Assembly (NCBI GenBank): GCA_029976005.1
Contig: JARKOQ010000149.1
Span: 1,315 to 65,314 of the forward strand
Direction: 5' to 3'
DNA length: 64,000 nucleotides
DNA from: Aggregatilineales bacterium
GTDB taxonomy: Bacteria; Chloroflexota; Anaerolineae; Aggregatilineales; Ch27
The notes under the pieces: generated by a model
Told to the model about the DNA's origin: nothing
Seen by the model: only the letters and a program-made list of their open reading frames with translations
Database searches by the model: none
Shown: positions 61,877 to 64,000 of the stretch, one piece after another
How the letters are laid out: each line of letters opens with the position of its first letter
How positions within the stretch are numbered: position 1 is the stretch's first letter
Position numbers and translations under genes: made by a program

Positions 61877-63525
61877 TCCCCGACCTGTTCGAGATTGCCC
61901 TGCCCGGTGACGAATTCGAAGATCATGGTATTGATCAGCGTCTCCACCGGCGCCTGATCGTCCGTGAAGACGATTGCGGACGGTTGGATCGCCACGATCG
62001 CCTGCGCCGCCAGCGCGAGCGTGTCCCGCAGCAGGGGGTGGACGTCCGCCGGGAGCAGGCCGAGATTGGCCGTGAGGTTGCCGGGATCGCTTTCCAACCG
62101 GGTGCCCACCAGCATGGTGTTGAAGGAGTAAGGCACGTCAATCGCGTGGACGCTGGGGAACACGGCGAGCAGCGTGGCCGTCATCGCGTCGACCAGCCGC
62201 CGGTCGCTGGCCGCTCGCCCGACGTTGATCATCACCACCCCATCCGGCGCGAGGTGATCGCGCACTTCCTCGAAGAACTCGACCGTCGTCAGGTGCCAGG
62301 GGATGTACGGTACCCGGTAAGCGTCGATCGCGATCAGGTCGTAGCCGCCCCCCAGGCGTGACAGTCCATACCGGCCGTCATCCACGATCACGTTCAGATT
62401 CGGCATCGTCATGCCGAAATACCGCCGCCCGGCCTCGACGATCCCCGGATCGATCTCGATCCCGTCGATGGCCAGCGGCCCGTAGACCTCGGTGTACTGG
62501 TGGGCGATCGTCCCCGCCGCCAGCCCGATGATCGCGATGTGATCGACCGCGTCAGGTCCATACGGCGGCGGGTTGAAATACGGCGCGGCCAGAAACATAT
62601 CCCAGGTCGCCTGGGTCTGGAGGATGTCCGGGTGGTAGACCGAGTGGACGCCCTGCCCTTCGTTGAGCAGCAGCAGGCGTGTGCCCGGCTGCTGGCGGGA
62701 GACAATCACGCCCGGCTCGACTTCTACCACCTGGACGTAGTTGTACTGCGTCTCAGCTTCGTAGAGCAGCCGGGTTCCGGCCGGGGCGGGCTTGACCGGC
62801 CCCCGGATCACCAGCACCAGCGCGACCAGAAGCACCACCGGCATCCAGCCCAGCCGCCAGGCCCGCCGGGGCTGTACCCGGACCAGCCCAAGCAGAGCGA
62901 CGGTCATCAGCCCTCCCGCCAGGATGGCGAACGTCCAGGCGGTCCCCACGGCCGGGATCATCACCAGGGCCGGAGCGAAAGTCCCCAGAATGCTGCCCGC
63001 AGTCGACAGCGCATACAGCCGGCCTGCGGTGGCTCCGGCCGTTTCGACGTCGCTGACCGCCAGCCGGATCACGTAGGGGGAGACGCAGCCCAGCAAAGTC
63101 ACCGGCACCGCGAACAGAATCGCCACCGTCAATCCAACCGCCCCCAGCACCAGCAGGTTGAGATCGGCCAGGGCAAACGCCGCCGCCATCTGGAGCATCA
63201 GCGGCCGGGCGAGCACCGGCAGCAGCCCGGCGGTCAGGGCCGCCCAGGCCATCAGCCGGAAGAAATCAGCCTGGGATGGCCGCCGGTCGGCCAACCTGCC
63301 CCCCAGAAAGTAACCGGCGGTAAGGTAGACCAATACCAGGGCGATCACGGCGGCCCACACCAGATCGGAGGTTCCCAGCACGGCCCCGATCAGGCGCGAG
63401 GTCGCCATCTCCACCCCGAGGGTGGTCAGCCCGGCGACGAACGTCGCCAGGTAGAGATACCAGCGCGGGGCCTCGGCCTGGGATTGCGTCTGCATGGCGG
63501 CGTGGTTCGCCGGGGAAGTGGTCAC
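61873..63525 (-). CDS. Membrane-fused spermidine synthase-like SAM-dependent transferase
   Basis: About 7 N-terminal TM (GRLAD, GRLYALSTAGSILGT) plus IGLAAG, EIDP, DDGR, IDAY, HLTTVEFF and FTDD motifs. Confidence 0.88.
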   Translation of the reverse strand: MTTSPANHAAMQTQSQAEAPRWYLYLATFVAGLTTLGVEMATSRLIGAVLGTSDLVWAAVIALVLVYLTAGYFLGGRLADRRPSQADFFRLMAWAALTAGLLPVLARPLMLQMAAAFALADLNLLVLGAVGLTVAILFAVPVTLLGCVSPYVIRLAVSDVETAGATAGRLYALSTAGSILGTFAPALVMIPAVGTAWTFAILAGGLMTVALLGLVRVQPRRAWRLGWMPVVLLVALVLVIRGPVKPAPAGTRLLYEAETQYNYVQVVEVEPGVIVSRQQPGTRLLLLNEGQGVHSVYHPDILQTQATWDMFLAAPYFNPPPYGPDAVDHIAIIGLAAGTIAHQYTEVYGPLAIDGIEIDPGIVEAGRRYFGMTMPNLNVIVDDGRYGLSRLGGGYDLIAIDAYRVPYIPWHLTTVEFFEEVRDHLAPDGVVMINVGRAASDRRLVDAMTATLLAVFPSVHAIDVPYSFNTMLVGTRLESDPGNLTANLGLLPADVHPLLRDTLALAAQAIVAIQPSAIVFTDDQAPVETLINTMIFEFVTGQGNLEQVGD

Positions 63526-63998
63526 GAGCTGGCCCTGCCCTGGTGGGGGATGTAGAGTGTAAAAGTGCTGCCTTCGCCGGGCTTGCTCTCGACTTTCAGC
63601 CCACCGCCGTGCCGCTCGGCCACGGTCTGCGCGACAAAAAGTCCCAGCCCCACGCCCATCGTCTCGCCCATCTGCTGCGGCCGCCCCCGGCTGAAGGCGG
63701 CATTGAGGCTCTGGAGTTCCCGGCGGTCGATTCCGGGGCCGGTATCCCGCACCCGCAGGCCCACATAGGGCTGATGGCGCAGATCGAACCCCACCAGATC
63801 AATATTGACCCTGCCGCCCGCCGGCGTATAGGTTAGCGCGTTTTCGATCAGCTCGCAGCACGCCTGGGCGAGCCATTGCTCGTCGCCCAGGATGGTATCC
63901 AGATCGTTGGGTGGAGAAGCCACCTCCAGCGTCACCCCCTGCCGGACAGCCCGATCCGTGAAACGGATGCGCAGGCCCTCCAGAAAGGAGGACAGATA
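63522..63998 (-). CDS. Sensor histidine kinase, C-terminal HATPase domain; 5' part outside the window
   Basis: LIENALTYT (N box), DTGPGI (G1), GLGL (G2) and GEGSTF motifs; frame is open to the window edge. Confidence 0.9.
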   Translation of the reverse strand, partial: YLSSFLEGLRIRFTDRAVRQGVTLEVASPPNDLDTILGDEQWLAQACCELIENALTYTPAGGRVNIDLVGFDLRHQPYVGLRVRDTGPGIDRRELQSLNAAFSRGRPQQMGETMGVGLGLFVAQTVAERHGGGLKVESKPGEGSTFTLYIPHQGRASS

Positions 63999-64000
63999 AA

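Overview
A high-GC bacterial chromosomal segment, probably Chloroflexota of the Anaerolineae type (inferred from gene content and RpoB features, not from a search). It is mostly housekeeping and cell-envelope DNA, with about 50 CDSs. Recognisable genes include a Ser/Thr kinase-TPR (cut by the left edge), a stand-alone rpoB, an ABC exporter pair, murA, malic enzyme, selB, GT4/GT9 glycosyltransferases, ppk2, rqcH, yjjX, melA-galT, parA, mutY, lipA, a very long ftsK, ftsH and a truncated histidine kinase. I found no rRNA, tRNA, CRISPR array, transposase or integrase. The best candidate for an undescribed system is a self-contained two-gene unit at 36.6-38.7 kb. It pairs an orphan ParA with a membrane protein whose N-terminus carries a ParB-like 'LGKG' ParA-activating peptide but no ParB domain. 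Other notable points: rpoB is uncoupled from rpoC and carries an R529T rifampicin-pocket change and a large insertion; FtsK has a FUS-like [S/G/R]YG low-complexity N-terminus; there is a secreted protein with an unrecognised repeat, a TrxR-like flavoprotein lacking CxxC, and a dispersed intergenic repeat family. All functional calls come from motif recognition by eye; no database search was run.
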